Assembly: GCA_942493095.1 (NCBI GenBank) | Contig: OW818675.1 | Span: 2,550,001-2,582,000, forward strand | Direction of reading: 5' to 3' | Source of the DNA: Candidatus Electronema halotolerans | GTDB lineage: Bacteria > Desulfobacterota > Desulfobulbia > Desulfobulbales > Desulfobulbaceae | Length of the DNA: 32,000 nt | Shown: piece after piece, positions 31,565 to 32,000 of the stretch | Layout: every line of letters begins with the position of its first letter | Position numbering within the stretch: position 1 is the first letter of the stretch | The notes under the pieces: generated by a model | What the model was told of the DNA's origin: nothing | The model's database searches: none | What the model saw: only the letters and a program-made list of their open reading frames with translations | Made by a program: the position numbers and the translations under genes

Positions 31565-31599
31565 TGACAAATTTTGTCAGCAACTGACAAAATTTGTCA
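31565..31599. promoter_or_regulatory. Two 15-bp palindromes spaced 20 bp centre to centre. Candidate operator overlapping a minus-strand promoter for pilZ-murD.
   Basis: TGACAAATTTTGTCA (31565-31579) and TGACAAAATTTGTCA (31585-31599). On the minus strand the distal one supplies a TTGACA -35-like hexamer. Confidence 0.45.
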
Positions 31600-31622
31600 A
31601 GAAAAATCTTTCAGGAGGTATG

Positions 31623-31657
31623 AAAAAACGCCTGCTCTGTTGCAGAGATCAGGCGTT
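31623..31657 (-). terminator. Rho-independent terminator of the FKBP gene.
   Basis: AACGCCTG (31627-31634) pairs with CAGGCGTT (31650-31657), with inner CTCTG/CAGAG pairing. The A-run at 31623-31628 reads as a U-tract on the minus strand. It lies 31 nt downstream of the stop at 31688. Confidence 0.8.
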
Positions 31658-31687
31658 GGCAGGCAAAGCAACTGAGGAAAGACTGCT

Positions 31688-32000
31688 CTACTCTTCCTCG
31701 CTCTTGATGACCTCCAGCAGCTCCACTTTAAATTTGAGCAGAGATCCCGGCGGAATCACTGGCGGCGCGCCTTGATCGCCATAGCCTAATTCCGGCGGCA
31801 CATACAGCTCAAAAACACTGCCCGGAGTCATGAGCTGAAGCCCCTCAATCCAGCCGGGAATCACCTGCTTGACCTGGAACCGGGCCGGTTCATTGCGGCT
31901 GTACGAGCTGTCAAACTCAGTGCCGTCCAAGAGCGTGCCCTTGTACTGAACCTTGACCGTGTCGCGGACTGTCGGCTTGTCGCCCTTGCCCTCTTTGATG
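31688..32000 (-). CDS. FKBP-type peptidyl-prolyl cis-trans isomerase, C-terminal part only; the gene continues beyond the window.
   Basis: My translation upstream of the track ORF gives IKEGKGDKPTVRDTVKVQYKGTLLDGTEFDSSY…VIPGWIEGLQLM…PPELGYG. This is the classic FKBP_C signature. Confidence 0.9.
   Translation of the reverse strand, partial: IKEGKGDKPTVRDTVKVQYKGTLLDGTEFDSSYSRNEPARFQVKQVIPGWIEGLQLMTPGSVFELYVPPELGYGDQGAPPVIPPGSLLKFKVELLEVIKSEEE

Noticed and set aside
31533-31775. A plus-strand ORF with an apparently perfect AGGAGG-N-ATG at 31620.
   Set aside because: The ATGAAAAAACGCCTG… sequence is the complement of the FKBP terminator (U-tract plus stem). The ORF also runs antisense into the FKBP coding region with low-complexity Ser/Leu content.

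Overview
This is a 32-kb chromosomal window from a Gram-negative bacterium. The taxon cannot be confirmed without a search; gene content and about 55-60% GC suggest Desulfobacterota or a similar group. Most of it is housekeeping: purL, nnr, livH, trm112-like, moeA, mutM, cbiH/cobJ, murD, an FKBP isomerase, an RND permease, a UMF1-type MFS transporter, and c-di-GMP proteins (GGDEF-EAL and PilZ). Three accessory-looking insertions stand out. (1) 6272..10442 holds a 1262-aa single-polypeptide CHAT (caspase-like) protease, NB-ARC STAND NTPase and TPR array. Its TPR sensor is built from near-identical 120-bp tandem repeats. A translationally coupled 131-aa orphan ORF follows it, and a MITE-like inverted repeat precedes it. 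This is my best candidate for an undescribed conflict or programmed-cell-death system. (2) 19566..24064 is a tightly coupled four-gene envelope module: an SBP-vWA lipoprotein, an XpaC-like 2-TM protein, a TM-anchored SBP paralog and TelA. It runs straight into moeA and sits next to a decayed IS1-like transposase remnant. (3) 27576..28258 is a vapBC toxin-antitoxin pair with a palindromic operator. Smaller oddities are an Lpp-like 14-residue-repeat coiled coil fused to an outer-membrane beta-barrel, a perfect 28-bp palindrome in frame inside purL, a well-signalled 41-aa signal-peptide ORF missed by the ORF track, and a double 15-bp palindrome in the pilZ-murD promoter region. All functional calls rest on motif recognition in the supplied translations; no database search was possible.
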